The position numbers were made by a program, and so were the translations under genes. 64,000 nucleotides of DNA from positions 2,400,001 through 2,464,000 of the forward strand of contig CM000154.2 in NCBI GenBank assembly GCA_000004695.1, written 5' to 3'. This document shows, piece by piece, positions 27,684 through 40,402 of the stretch. The notes beneath the pieces were generated by a model, which was given only the letters and a program-made list of their open reading frames with translations, ran no database searches and was not told the DNA's origin. The DNA is from Dictyostelium discoideum (lineage: Eukaryota). Position 1 is the stretch's first letter, and each line of letters opens with the position of its first letter.

Positions 27684-28557
27684 TACTGTTGCTATTATTA
27701 TTATTATTACTACTTATTATTAATGAATTTGAGAATGGATTTGCCACAGAATTTGTGGTTGGTGAATTTGAACATGAAGAATACTGTGTTGGACTACCTT
27801 CGTCATTATATTCTTCACGTAACCAATCATCATCTTTATCTGCGCCACCATTAATAGATTCTTTAGATTCAAGTTTTCTACCACGTTCACGATCAATTCT
27901 AAGGAAATACTTTTGTGCATGTGTACGAACCTGAGTTGGATTTCTTGTTGAGACATATTGTGAAATGGATTTAACATCTTTATGACCATATTTACTTAAT
28001 GCTTCAATAAATCTTGAATGTTCTTCAGGTGTCCAATAACGTGATTGTTTCTTTTTTTCAGACTGTTTCTCTTGTTCATATTTGGCAACTTGTGATTGTA
28101 ATCCTTCGATTGTATCTCTTTTTCTTGAAATTTCTTCTTCTAAAAATTGGATTTTTCTTTGAAGTTCTGAAACAATATTTGATGGTGCATATGATTTATC
28201 AAGTTGTTGTTGTTGTTGTTGTTGTTGTTGGTGGTGGTGTTGTTGTTGTTGTTGGTGATGTTGTTGTTGTTGTTGTTGATGGTGTTGTTGTTGTTGTTGT
28301 TGTTGATGATGATGTTGTTGTTGCTGTTGTTGTTGTTGATGGTGATGATGTTGTTGTTGTTGTTCATGATCACTATTATCCATTACTTGATGATGTGAAT
28401 TATCAAGAAATCTTGGATATTGAGGTAAAGTCCCATACATAGGCTGAGGAGGAGGAGGAGGTGATCTATAAATTGGACTATACACTGGTGGAGATGGTGA
28501 TGATCCAAAATCATATGAACCATCTTGATATCTAACCATACTTTGATTATTCATCAT
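25624..28557 (-). CDS. SHAQKYF-class Myb/SANT DNA-binding protein with coiled-coil and extreme poly-Q, poly-N and poly-H tracts, 977 aa, single exon
   Basis: The Myb repeat RYWTPEEHSRFIEALSKYGHKDVKSISQYVSTRNPTQVRTHAQKYFLRI is present. The rest is homopolymeric, including about 45 consecutive Gln from (CAA)n at about 26365-26494 and His/Gln runs near the N-terminus. Confidence 0.75.
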
Positions 28558-29215
28558 TTTAAATTAATTTTTTTTTTTTTTTTTTTAAACTTTGGTCTTA
28601 CTTTTTTTTTTTTTTTTTTTTTTTTGGTAAATCTTTTTTTTTGGATTTTTTTTTTTTTTTTTTTTTAGTAAAATAAAATTAAATTTTCTATATTTAAAAA
28701 TAAATAAATATATAAAAATCATAATATTAATATTTATTTATTATTAAAGAAATAATAATAATAATAATAAAAAAAAGAATATTTTTGAGATTTAAATTTA
28801 CCAATTTGATTTGAAATAATTAATTTCGTGGGAACTTGAACAGAGAATTGAATTATTTTTTTTAATTATAATTATTACTACTATTATATTATTTGAAAGT
28901 GGTTATATATATATTATTACAATTATTTATTTTTTTTATTTTTTTTTTGCTACTATTTTACAATTTTGATGTTATTCGATAAAGATTTTAACGAATTTAG
29001 GTTGATTTTTATTTTTTTTATTTTTATTTTTACTAAAATTACAATTTGGTGTTGTTAATATATAAAAAATATTTTTGATGGTATTTAATTTAAAAAAATT
29101 TTATACAAAAAAAAATAAAAAAATAAAAAAAAAAATAAAAATCTAATAATAAAAATAATTTTAAAATTGTGATATTTCTTTTTAATTGTTTTTTTTTAAA
29201 AAAAAAATATTATTA

Positions 29216-29252
<37 letters not shown>

Positions 29253-29670
29253 AATTGATTATTTGAAGAGAAAAATAAAATAATCAAAATTAAAAAAAAT
29301 AATATTCAAAAGGTAAAAAAAAAAAAAAAAAAAAAAAAACTTAACACACAAATGTTTAAGTGGTAGTTGTACACTTTTTAGCTAATAAACGGTCTTTTTT
29401 AAAATAAACAAAGGGTGCTAAAGTAGAGGAATCATGTGTGGTATATATTAAAAAAAAAAAAAAATAAAAAAAAAATTAAAAATTAAAAAATTAAAAATGA
29501 AAGAATGTTATGTTTAAAGGAAAAAAAAAAATATCTTTTGATTGTGTGGGTTTTTTTTTTTTTTTTTTTTTTTTTAGATCAAATTTTTAACGAAGAGGGT
29601 GATGGTAATTGAATGACACAATAACAATAAATCAATGATGTTATTGTTTAATTGTTTTTTTATTATTATT

Positions 29671-29715
<45 letters not shown>

Positions 29716-29833
29716 TTTATTTTTATTTTTATTTTATTTTTATTTTTTTTTTATGAGGAAAGAACCACAAAATAAAAATTTGATTTTGGGCACAAAATTT
29801 AAAAGTATTTTTTTTTTTTTGATTTTATTTTCA

Positions 29834-29864
<31 letters not shown>

Positions 29865-30064
29865 TGAGAGTACTTATGTGGTGTTGTTTTGAATGAAATT
29901 TACAAAAGAGTAGTATTGTGTTTTTTTTTATTATAAAAAAAAAAAAAAAATCAATAAAATTAATTGAAAGGTTTGAAATATAAAATAAACTTACATCTTT
30001 TTTTGATTTTTTTTTACTTGTATGCAAGAGTGAATAATCTATATTTCCTTTTTATTTTTTTAAA

Positions 30065-30095
<31 letters not shown>

Positions 30096-30380
30096 TTTTT
30101 AAAAAAAAAAATAATGAATGTAATTTTAAATAAATAATAAAATATAAAATTTGAACTATTATTGGATAATTGTATGAAATACAATTTTAAAATTTGATTG
30201 ATGATATGTACACAAAGTGGAATTATTTATATAAATAAGATTTATAAATTTGATGTTTTATATTGATTGTTGAATGAAATTATTTACAAAAATAAAAATA
30301 AAAAAAAAAAAGGAGAAGAAAATGTGATTTTTTTTTTTTTTATTAAATGAGAATTTTTATCTCTATATCTTTAATTTAAT

Positions 30381-30429
<49 letters not shown>

Positions 30430-30676
30430 GATTTAATTTTAACATAAAAATTACTAATTATAAATAAAACTTGTGATCAAAAAAAAAAAAAAAAAATTTT
30501 AAAAAAAATGAAAAAAAATCTTAATTAAAAAAAAAAAAAAGAAAAAAAAAAAATTTATGATCGTTTTACAATTAAAGTCAAACTGCGATATCACAAGCTC
30601 AGCTCCAACCATTTTTTTTTTTTTTTTATAAAATTTTTTTTTTTCCTTTATCAAAAAATATCTTGATTGTAATCAA

Positions 30677-30716
<40 letters not shown>

Positions 30717-31997
30717 AAAATAAAATTTTTTTTATGATGATTTTTAAGGTTTTAAGAAAAAAAAAAAAAAAAAGAAAAAAAAAGAAAAAAAAAGAATAAA
30801 AAAAAAAAAAGAATAAAAAAAAAAATAAAAAATAAAAAATGTATAAAAAAATATAAACAATAATAATAGTAATAAATAAATAAAATGATTACAAATAAAA
30901 TAAATAATAATAAAAAAAAATTAATAAATAAAAAGTTATTATTATTTTATATCTCTCCATTTTTAATTTGAAAATATCTTTTTTTTTTTCTGAATAGGTC
31001 TTGATTTTTTCGAATTGGCCCAATGTCAATTAGAGATTTTTAATTTTTTTTTTTCTCAAATCAATTTTTAAATTAATATCTCAATCACATTTTTTTTTTT
31101 TTTTTTTATTTTTCATCATTTGTATCACCAATATATTATTATTGAGGTAGCTACCTAAATTGGTCATTAAATTAATATATATAAAACTTTTTATTTTTTA
31201 AAAAATTTTCCCTTTTTTTTTTTTTTTTTTTAAAATAGAATATTTTTACAAAAAAATCTAATCATATAACCAAATAATTTGATTTTTTTTTTTTTTCTTG
31301 TAATATTTTTAAAATTTCTTTTACACTCTTTTTTATTTTTTTTTTTTTTTTTTTTTTTATTTTTAATTTTAATTTTATTGTGATCTGTCCTTTTGGGTTG
31401 AAATGTGATCATTTATTTAAAAAAAACAACATTTTAATTTATTTTTAATTATTTTCTTTTTATTTTTTTGGTCAATGACTATGAATTAATCCACACACAC
31501 ATTAATGAATAGAAAACCCAATAATTATTAAGGAAAGGAACTCAATGGGTATTTCTAAACTTAAATAAAAAGTCAACCAAAGGGAAAGACTAATACGAAT
31601 TTTGTTATTAATAAATGTTTTTCATGTGAAAAGTTTGTTTTAAACAAAGGTAATTCCGGCAAGAAAAAAAAAAAAATCATATTATTTTCATTGCTAACAT
31701 TTAAATAAAACCATTTATGGATACTTAAAACTTTTTGTTTCGCATGTTTTATTATCTTAAAAAATAAAATAAAAAAAAAAAAAAATAAATAAATAAATAG
31801 TAAATAATTTATTTATGGTTAGACGATAGGAATAATTATTTCAACATTTTTAATTTTTTTTTATTGTTTTTTTTTTTTTATTTTATTTTAACAAAAAGCA
31901 GAAATAAATAATATGAAAAAAAAAAAGTAATCAAGAATGAAAAAAAAAAAAACCCATTAAATTAAAATTTATTTTTAAAATATATGGTTTAGGGCCA

Positions 31998-32035
<38 letters not shown>

Positions 32036-32358
32036 AATTAAATAAATATTAATAAGTTATTTATATTTTTGTGTAAGGGAAAAAAAAAAAAATAATGATA
32101 ATGATAATAACTATGAAACCCATTCACATAAATGGATTTTTGAAAAATATCTAATTTCTTTTTTTTTAATTTTTTTTTTTTTTTTTTTCAATTTTTGATT
32201 TGCGCCACTCTGTTCAGGCAATTATTTTTAAAATATGAGCTTAAAAAAAAAAAATTAAAAAAAAAAAAAAAAAAATTCCCAACTTTCGTCTTTTTTGAAA
32301 TTTTTTTTTCTTTTTTTTTTTTTTTCTTTTTCACTGTACATCCTCCAAAACACATAAA

Positions 32359-32595
32359 ATGGATTCAAAATACATTCAAAAGACTCTTTCAGCCATCACT
32401 GAACAAATCACCAAAAATGCTGCTGTTCAAAAAGTTTTAGACAATAAATTTGTCAAAGAACACAAATACGCTGCTGCTGCTGCCACCGTTGGTCTTGGTG
32501 TTGTTGCTGCTACTACCATCGTTAAAGCAGTTAACTGTGAAGGTAAAAGATATAACTATGATGCTATTCCAGTAAGTAATAATAATAATTTTAAT

Positions 32596-32647
<52 letters not shown>

Positions 32648-34043
32648 AAAAATAAAAATATATAAATATTTTAAAAAATAAAATCTAATTTTAAATTTAT
32701 TTTTAAAATTTTAAAATTTTTAGAACTTATCATTTGATGATGAATCAATTTATGATGTTGCAACAATTGGTGCTGGTCCATCAGGTTCAGTTTTAGGTTA
32801 TTATTTAGCAAGAGAAGGTAGAAAAGTTGCACTTTTAGAAAAGAAAGTTTTCCCAAGAGATAAATATTGTGGTGATGCAGTTGCAACTATGGCTCAAGAT
32901 ATTCTCCGTGAAATGGGTGTCATGAAAGAATTAGTCGATGAAGATTTAGGTCATTTCGCTCAAAATGGTGGTTTTGTATCTCCAAATGGTAATTCATTCA
33001 TTGGTAACTCTGCTAAAGAATTAAAACGTGATGCCAAATACAACAGAGGTGCCGTCATTGCCGTTAAACGTATCGTTTTAGATGAAAAAGTTGCCAAAGC
33101 TGCCAAACGTATGGGTGCTGATCTCAAAGAAAACACCACCGTTGAAAACGCCACTTTTGATCGTTCAACCGGTGTTTGGACCATTAACTGTGTCGACTCT
33201 GAAGATAACACCAAGAAAATCGTTTACAGAGCTCGTGTTTTAGTTTGTGCTGATGGTTCACCATCCAACGCTGCCCGTCAATTAGGTTACGTCCACACTG
33301 AACCAAATGGTATCTGTTCAAGAGCCTACGTTAAAAATAACACCACTTTCCGTTACGATGGTGTTGTTTTCTACCCACCATCACTCTTACCAGGTTATTG
33401 CGCCATCATCCGTGAAGCTCGTGATGAACTCAACTATCTCGCCTATATCATTCCAGGTGGTAAAGTTACCAATGACGATTTATCCAAATACCATCACCAA
33501 TATATGACTGAAGATCCATTCATCTCAGCTGCCCTCGGTCCAAACCCAGATATTGAACGTATGAAAGCTGCCCCACTCCGTCTCGGTGGTATTAAGAAAT
33601 CATATGATGATCATTTATTAATTGTTGGTGATGCTGCTGGTTTCATCGATCCATTAACTGGTGAAGGTATCCAATACGCTATGGAAGGTTCAAGATTAGC
33701 TTCACTCGCTTTAATCCAAGCTTTCAACGAACGTGATCTTTCTCACCAATCTCTCAAGAGATATCAAGACTTCTGGATGGCTAAATTCGGTCACGAATTC
33801 TCAATGTCCATGACTATGTCTCTCTTCTTATACAGATTCCCAATCGTTTTAGATGCCGCCGCCTCTTTAATCGAAAAGAGAGGTTCACGTTTCCTTGCTG
33901 AATGGGCTGCCGTTATGACTGGTGTCAAACCAAAGACTTGGTTCCTTCGTCCAGATGTTGGTCCATTAATTGTCTTAGAAATCTTTGGTGAATGTTTCAG
34001 AAGAGTTTTCCAAGGTAAAAAACAAATTAAAAAATTAGATTAA
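32359..34043 (+). CDS. FAD-dependent oxidoreductase of the geranylgeranyl reductase family. Exons 32359..32571 and 32724..34043
   Basis: Exon 1 has a hydrophobic segment and ends in GTAAGT (phase 0). The acceptor ttttag at 32722-32723 is followed by the FAD dinucleotide fold DVATIGAGPSGSVLGYYLAREGRKVALLEK, and the remainder aligns to ChlP-like reductases. Confidence 0.7.
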
Positions 34044-35580
34044 ATTTCTCAAATTATAATTAAAAAATCAAAAAAAACTATAGATCAATTTCAATATGTA
34101 ATAATTTTTTTAAAAAAAAAAACAAAAAAAAACAAAAAGGTAATAATAATAAAAAAAAAAAAAAAAAATTAAATAATAATAATAATAAGTAGTTTCATTA
34201 AAAAATAATCAAAATTTTGTCTTCAATTTACAAATTTCTATCGAGGCATAAATATTGGAAAAAAAAATAATAATTAAAGAACTAAATAAAATATTATTGT
34301 TTGAAAGTTTTTGAAAAAAAAAAAAAAAAAAAATCTTTAATTATCTCTTTCGTGATTAATTTTGATTTTTACAAATTTTTCAACTGGGATTTATCTCGAA
34401 ATAATCTTTTTAAAATGATTTCAATTTACAATTTTATTTTTTTTTTTATTATTTTTTTTTTTTTTCTTAATTATTTGGATTACAATTTAAAAATTTCAGA
34501 TAAAATATATATAGCGTTAACTAAATTAATATTTTTTTTTATGTAATTATTTAACGTTATTTTTTTTTTTTTCTGATAATTTGAGTGTAAAAAAAAAAAA
34601 AAAAAAAAAAAAAGTAAAAAATTTTTTTTTTTTGTCAATCACCCAAAGCCAAAAAAAAAAAAAACTTTTTTTCTTTTTTTTTTTAAACATATTCACGTGC
34701 AGTTGTATGTATTTAAATTTTAGTTATAAAATTGTAAAATTTCTTTGGGAGGAAAAAAATAAATAATAAATAATAAATAATAAAAATGAAATGATGACAC
34801 CATACTTTAATCTTTGAGAACTAAAAAGAGTGGGCACATTCTATTAAGCCATGTTGACACAAATTAAAACGTCTGATTTATAATTTTTTATTATTATTAT
34901 TTATTTATTTTTTCCCAAAGGGAAAAAAAAAACAATAAAATAAAAAACTATAAAAAAAAAAATAAAAAATAATCAAATATTAACTTTTTTTTATTTCTTT
35001 TCTTATTTCGAAATAGATATTTGAAGTGCTTTTTTTTTTTTTTTTTTGTTTTCTCTCCCTTTTCCTGAACATTTCATTTTTGAATTTTTTTTTTTTTATT
35101 GTTTCTAAGAATAACTAAAATAAAAAACCATAATAAAATTTATTTAAAATTAATTTATTTCTTTTTCAAAAAAAAAAAAAAAAACATATTCCACATTTAT
35201 TAATACTGCCCCAAAAAAATTGGAAATTGTATTTATTTCTGTTTAAGAATATCCGCATATTTTGTTGTAATTCTTTTTTTTTTTTAACAATGATTTAATG
35301 TCAATTTGGAATATAAAAATAGAGCAATCAAAAATACATAAAATATGTTTAGATACAAGTCCAGCACAGTGCCATAGCTTTCCCATCATTTTTTCCCCAA
35401 AATTTATCTTTTTTTATATCCAACGTTGATCTACTGTACCTGATAAACCTGTTTAAGCTGATGAACCTGAACCGGATAAACCCACTAAAAATGTAAAACC
35501 TGTACCTGTTAAAGCATCATGATGAAACTGTACAGCTTGTACATATGTTACTAAAAAAACAATAAAACAGACCAAGCGAA

Positions 35581-35621
<41 letters not shown>

Positions 35622-35749
35622 AAGTTTTTAAATCAAAAAATCTAATTCTTATATAAAATTTATTACCTGCTCATTGTTTTTTTCAAAATAAAAAAACAAT
35701 TACAAAAAATGAAAGGTAAATTATTTAATTCTAAAAATAAAATATAATC

Positions 35750-35780
<31 letters not shown>

Positions 35781-36010
35781 AAGAATGAAATTTTTTATTT
35801 TTTTATTTTTTTTTATATTTTTTTTTTTTTTATTTGAACATTTTAAAAAAAGAAAAAAACAAAAACAAATACTTTCACAAATAAAAATGGTATATATTTA
35901 ATTATTATAAAAATTGAATTTATTTATATTAATAAACTTAAATTTGTACTAATATATTTTAAAATATTTAGAATGATGAAGAATTTTTTAGCCTTTTAAA
36001 TCAATATCCA

Positions 36011-36407
36011 ATGAGAAGTGATAACCCCTCAACTACTACAGTATGTTTCAGTTTTTATTCATAGATATTCCAATATATATAAAATACAACAAAATTATTA
36101 ATCATTTGTGTATTTTCTTTTCTAAAAAAAAAAAAAAAAAAAACAGACACAAACAAGTAGTCAACCAAATTTGTTTTCAATTTTTAATAATATGATGGGT
36201 GGAATGAATAGAAATCAAAATCAAAATCAAAATCAAGATCAAGATCAAAATCAAAATCAAGATAAAAAGGATAAAGAAAGAGAATTTTTAGTAAAATTAA
36301 AACAATTTTTAGATAATAATGTAAACAATCAAGAAGAAGCAGATTTAATTTTTACCAATTTTAAAAAGAACCATTTAAAATATATTAAAGAAAATAATCT
36401 ACAATAA
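36011..36407 (+). CDS. Small hypothetical protein, model only. Exons 36011..36040 and 36147..36407, about 97 aa
   Basis: The track ORF 36171 starts at TTG, not ATG. The frame is open back to 36147, directly after an acag acceptor. A GTATGT donor at 36041 closes a 30-nt exon that starts with ATG ([10 protein letters not shown]), giving a typical 106-nt AT-rich intron. It is Gln/Asn rich ([10 protein letters not shown]). Confidence 0.3.
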
Positions 36408-36600
36408 ATGTAATATATATAAAATAACAAAATTAATGATACATATTCAACTTTATTTAAAAAAAGAAATAACAGAGGGGGTTTTAATTATAAAATACCA
36501 TTGTTAAAGATTTGGATTATATTTATTTTATTTTATTATTTTATTTTATTTTATTTATTTATTTATTATTACTACAATTGTATTATTATATTTTTTATTT

Positions 36601-37281
36601 TTAAAATTTTGGTTTAATTGGTAAAAATTTAGTATGTGAACCTTTAGCTACAACTAAACCACTATCTTCAGAACCTAAATAAATTGTTGTCTCTGTAAAT
36701 GCGATATTTCTTCCTTGTCTATACATTGATGAAACTATAAAAATTTTAGAACCAACAGGTGCTGCTGTTGAATATTTCGTACTAAGTTCAACTGAAACAC
36801 CTGGATTTATATCATCTAAATTTGTACTTATAATTGCAAATGTTGATATAACATCTATAAAAGTTGTCAGTAAGAACCCAATTAAAAGAAACAAACAAAC
36901 AAATAAATACAATAAAAAATATAATTAATAATACTTACCAATTAGAGTTGCTATACTGCCACCATGTAATGTACTTGAATTAAATAATAATTAAATAATA
37001 ATTAATATAAATAATATATTTTTTTTAATTGTTTTTATTTATTTATTTATTTGTTTATTTATTTATTTATTAAAATTAAAAAATTAGTATTACCCTAAAC
37101 CATTGCAATGTCTTTGCTCTACAACCATTGACATTACAATTCTACCCTTTTCATATGATTCGCAGGTACATATATCTAAAAATTGTGTATCAAATTGTTC
37201 TATTGATGACCATCTTTTAATTATTAATGAGAGTTTTTCACTCAATTCTTTATTTTTTGCTTTAATTATCATCTTTGACAT
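36601..37281 (-). CDS. Hotdog-fold acyl-CoA thioesterase (PaaI/Them2-like). Exons 37094..37281, 36939..36973 and 36601..36854, about 158 aa
   Basis: The spliced product reads ..SMVVEQRHCNGLG/GTLHGGSIATLI/DVISTFAII.., which reconstitutes the thioesterase-superfamily N-x-x-G-x-LHGG-x-x-A-x-L-D motif across two GTAA-type introns. Confidence 0.65.
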
Positions 37282-37373
37282 GTCTTGGTATTGTTTTTTT
37301 TAAAAATTAATTAATTTAGTTTCAAAAAATAAAAAATAAAAAAAAAAGGAAATGAAAAAAAAAATTAAAATAA

Positions 37374-37406
<33 letters not shown>

Positions 37407-37451
37407 AAAATAAATAAAATCGAAAATTTTCGTATAAAATGTTTATTAAAT

Positions 37452-37748
37452 TTAAATTAAAGAGGGAATATCCTCTTCATAATTTTTTTGAGCATTTTGA
37501 TCTTTTTCTATAATTATTATTTTATTATCTAAATTATTATTATTTTTAAACTTTTTGAAAAAATGTAATATATTTTTTTTAGATTTTTTATTTTGTTCAC
37601 TAATTATTATATTAACAGGATCAGAAATAATTTCTTCTTTATTTATTTGGGTGGTTGTTGTTGTTATTGTAGGATCATTTTTAAATAGATTTCCAGTTTT
37701 CTTCTTTTTTAATAAATTTGAATATGCTTTGGCTTCGTAAAATTCCAT
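37452..37748 (-). CDS. Hypothetical 98-aa protein
   Basis: An ATG-initiated ORF (MEFYEAKAYSNLLKKKK...) of moderate complexity with no recognisable domain. Confidence 0.3.
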   Translation of the reverse strand: MEFYEAKAYSNLLKKKKTGNLFKNDPTITTTTTQINKEEIISDPVNIIISEQNKKSKKNILHFFKKFKNNNNLDNKIIIIEKDQNAQKNYEEDIPSLI

Positions 37749-38034
37749 TTCTTTTTAATTATTATTTTATATATTTTTTATTTTTTAATTATTATTTTTA
37801 TTTTTATTTTTATTTTTATTTTTATTTTTATTTTTTAGTTTATTTATTTATTTATTTATTTATTTATTTTTTTATTCAATTTTTTTTTTAATTTATTGTT
37901 TAGAAAAAAAAATAAAAAATCAATTTATACTTTTTTTTTTCAACTTCGGCATTTTTTGAGAAGTGTTCTTTTTACCAAAACAACCAAAAAATTGGGAAAA
38001 ATCTCAAAAAAAAAAAAAAATAAAAAAAAATTGA

Positions 38035-38070
<36 letters not shown>

Positions 38071-38511
38071 ATAAAAAATAAAAAAAGAACTCATCGAAAA
38101 TTACAACAATTTAAAAAAAAAAATAAAAAAAAAAAAAGAATTATGAGGGGTAATCTATAAATAAATTAAAAAATAAAAAATAAAAAAAAAAAAAAAAAAA
38201 AGAATAGAGAATGAAAAAAAAGAACAATTTAAAAAAAAGAAAAAATAAAAATAAATTAATAAAAGTTATTGTGTGTAAAAGAGATCTATTTTAAAATTGT
38301 TTTTATTTTTTTTTTTATTTTTTATTTTTTTTATTTTTTATTTTTTTTATTTTTTATTTTTTTTATTTTTTATTTTTTTTATTTTTTATTTTTTATTATA
38401 TTAATACAATAACAGTGTTTTTACATTCAAAAAAAAAAAAAAATAAATAATTCAAAAATCATAATGGTTATATTCATTTTTTTATATTTTATATCGTTTT
38501 GTTTGAGTTCT

Positions 38512-38654
38512 ATTTATTAAGGGGAGTCGCATAGAAAATAAAAAATATAAGTAAAAAAAAAAAAAAAGAGGCGACAAACCCACCAGCGCCGCATAAAATT
38601 ACTTTTCACCAGTTTAATGCTTAAATTTTTACATCCGACCACCCTTAATAAATC
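38512..38654. repeat. 143-bp element bounded by a 13-bp inverted repeat (ATTTATTAAGGGG ... ACCCTTAATAAAT) and enclosing a GC-richer core
   Basis: The left arm at 38512-38524 and the right arm at 38642-38654 match 12 of 13 as reverse complements. The core (gagtcgcatag...gaggcgacaaacccaccagcgccgc) is much more GC-rich than its surroundings and has an internal GTCGC/GCGAC inverted pair. Confidence 0.6.
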
Positions 38655-38821
38655 TTGTTTATTTTTCCTATTTAAAAGAACAGAAATTTAATTTTACGTA
38701 CAATGAGGGTTTGTTAATCACTATTAAATGATTAGCTTTATTTTATTTTATTTTCATATTTTAATTTTAGTGTTTTATTTTTTTTAGAAAAAATAATGAA
38801 CCAAGTTCTATACCTAAATCT

Positions 38822-39145
38822 TTACCAAGTCATAGATTTAGCCTCCATAGATGAAACCTCTTCTTGAAGAATACCAATAGTTTTTAAATTATTTGTTCTG
38901 CCAAGTCTGTTAGAATTTTTTATATAATTTTTAGCTTTTTCTACGGTAATATTCAATTTTTTTGAGAGAGTGATCGCTGTTATATTCTGTAAACCAACTT
39001 CTGCAATGTATTCGGCAAGTATAATTTTTTGTTGCTCTGAGAGTTCCTCTAGTTTAGGTTTTGGAACAGAAAGTGGAGCTAAAGTAACACCAGAGTCGTT
39101 AGCCTCTTTTTTAATATCATTTATTATTTTGTCAAGTGGGTCCAT
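38822..39145 (-). CDS. Small (107 aa) helix-turn-helix protein with a CENP-B N-terminal / pipsqueak (pogo-transposase N-terminus)-like HTH
   Basis: The first real ATG is at 39145 (MDPLDK...); the track start at 39208 lies in a poly-F low-complexity region. The sequence KPKLEELSEQQKIILAEYIAEVGLQNITAITLSKKLNITVEKAKNYIKNSNRL fits the psq/CENP-B-N pattern, with some resemblance to sigma-70 region 4. Confidence 0.5.
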   Translation of the reverse strand: MDPLDKIINDIKKEANDSGVTLAPLSVPKPKLEELSEQQKIILAEYIAEVGLQNITAITLSKKLNITVEKAKNYIKNSNRLGRTNNLKTIGILQEEVSSMEAKSMTW

Positions 39146-39586
39146 GTTTGGTGTGAAAAAGAAAAAAAAAAAAAAAAAAAATGAAAATAAAAAAAAAAAG
39201 TTTTGCAATTTGGAGAACTCAATTTATAGGTTGTATTGTGCAGGGAGAAAAATGAAAAAAAAAAAAAAAATCAAAATTTCAATTTTTATTGTTAATTTTT
39301 CTTTCAATTAAAACAGTGTTTATAAAATTTACCCATACCTTTTTTGTTTTTATCTATTTTCTTCTCTTTTAATTAATTTTAAACTATTTTGTTTAAAAAT
39401 GAATTATAACCTATTTATTTATTTTTTATTTTTAATTTTTTTAGTTTATTATTTATTTGTATTAATTAGAAAGTTATTCGACTGTTTATAAATGTAAAGT
39501 AATATTTTTTAAATTTAATCTTTTTTTTAATTTGTTTAAAAAATCAAAAGTAAAATTTTAATTGACGAGTTATTTTTTTTTTTTTT

Positions 39587-40335
39587 TTAGTATGTAAGAC
39601 TAACCCAATAAACATTAAATGGATTATTTAAATAACTATTTGAAAAAATTGTTTTCTTTGATTTGAAACCATGATTAAAATCTACCACCTCCAATAAGAA
39701 TTGATTTTCATCGATATAAGTAATAAAAACCAAAGAGGATTTATCTCTTGATAAAAAGTAAGGAGAGAAAGCATAAGGAACAGTACCAATATTATATTTG
39801 AATACACCAAAACATTCCATTAATATAGAATCTACTTCACATACAAAGACATCACCACTATTATCTTGATATACTAAGAATAGATTACCCAATTTATCAG
39901 TGAACATCATTGTAACATCAAAACCTTGAATATTTTTAAGAATACCATAAGTTTCAATAATGTCAGAAGTAGTTTCATTAAATGCCACTAAAACATTATT
40001 ATTTGATGAATTATAACATGCGAATACGTAATCATTCAATTGATCATATGCAACATTTGGTATACTACCAGCGGTTGAAATTTGATTTTCATTTGATATA
40101 TTTACAAATGTACCTTTACCACTTTCAAAATCTAAACGTAATAAACTACTAAGTTCACCACCACCATTAATATCTACCACTGGTTTATACAATACCTTTT
40201 TTTCACTAATAAATACACTTGGTTGAAGCATATCTTCAAATCCTGCTATTGGTGGTGTTATTTTATTAATTAATTTTGATTGTAATGTCTAATAAATAAA
40301 TTAAAAATTAATAAATAAATTAATAAATTAAAAAA

Positions 40336-40402
<67 letters not shown>

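Noticed and set aside
26316-28442. Many plus-strand poly-L, poly-V and poly-I ORFs (26350..26544, 26593..27021, 26681..26944, 27113..27322, 27533..27934, 28014..28442, 28204..28398)
   Set aside because: They are antisense read-through of the (CAA)n/(AAT)n runs of the minus-strand Myb gene and are homopolymeric, not genes.
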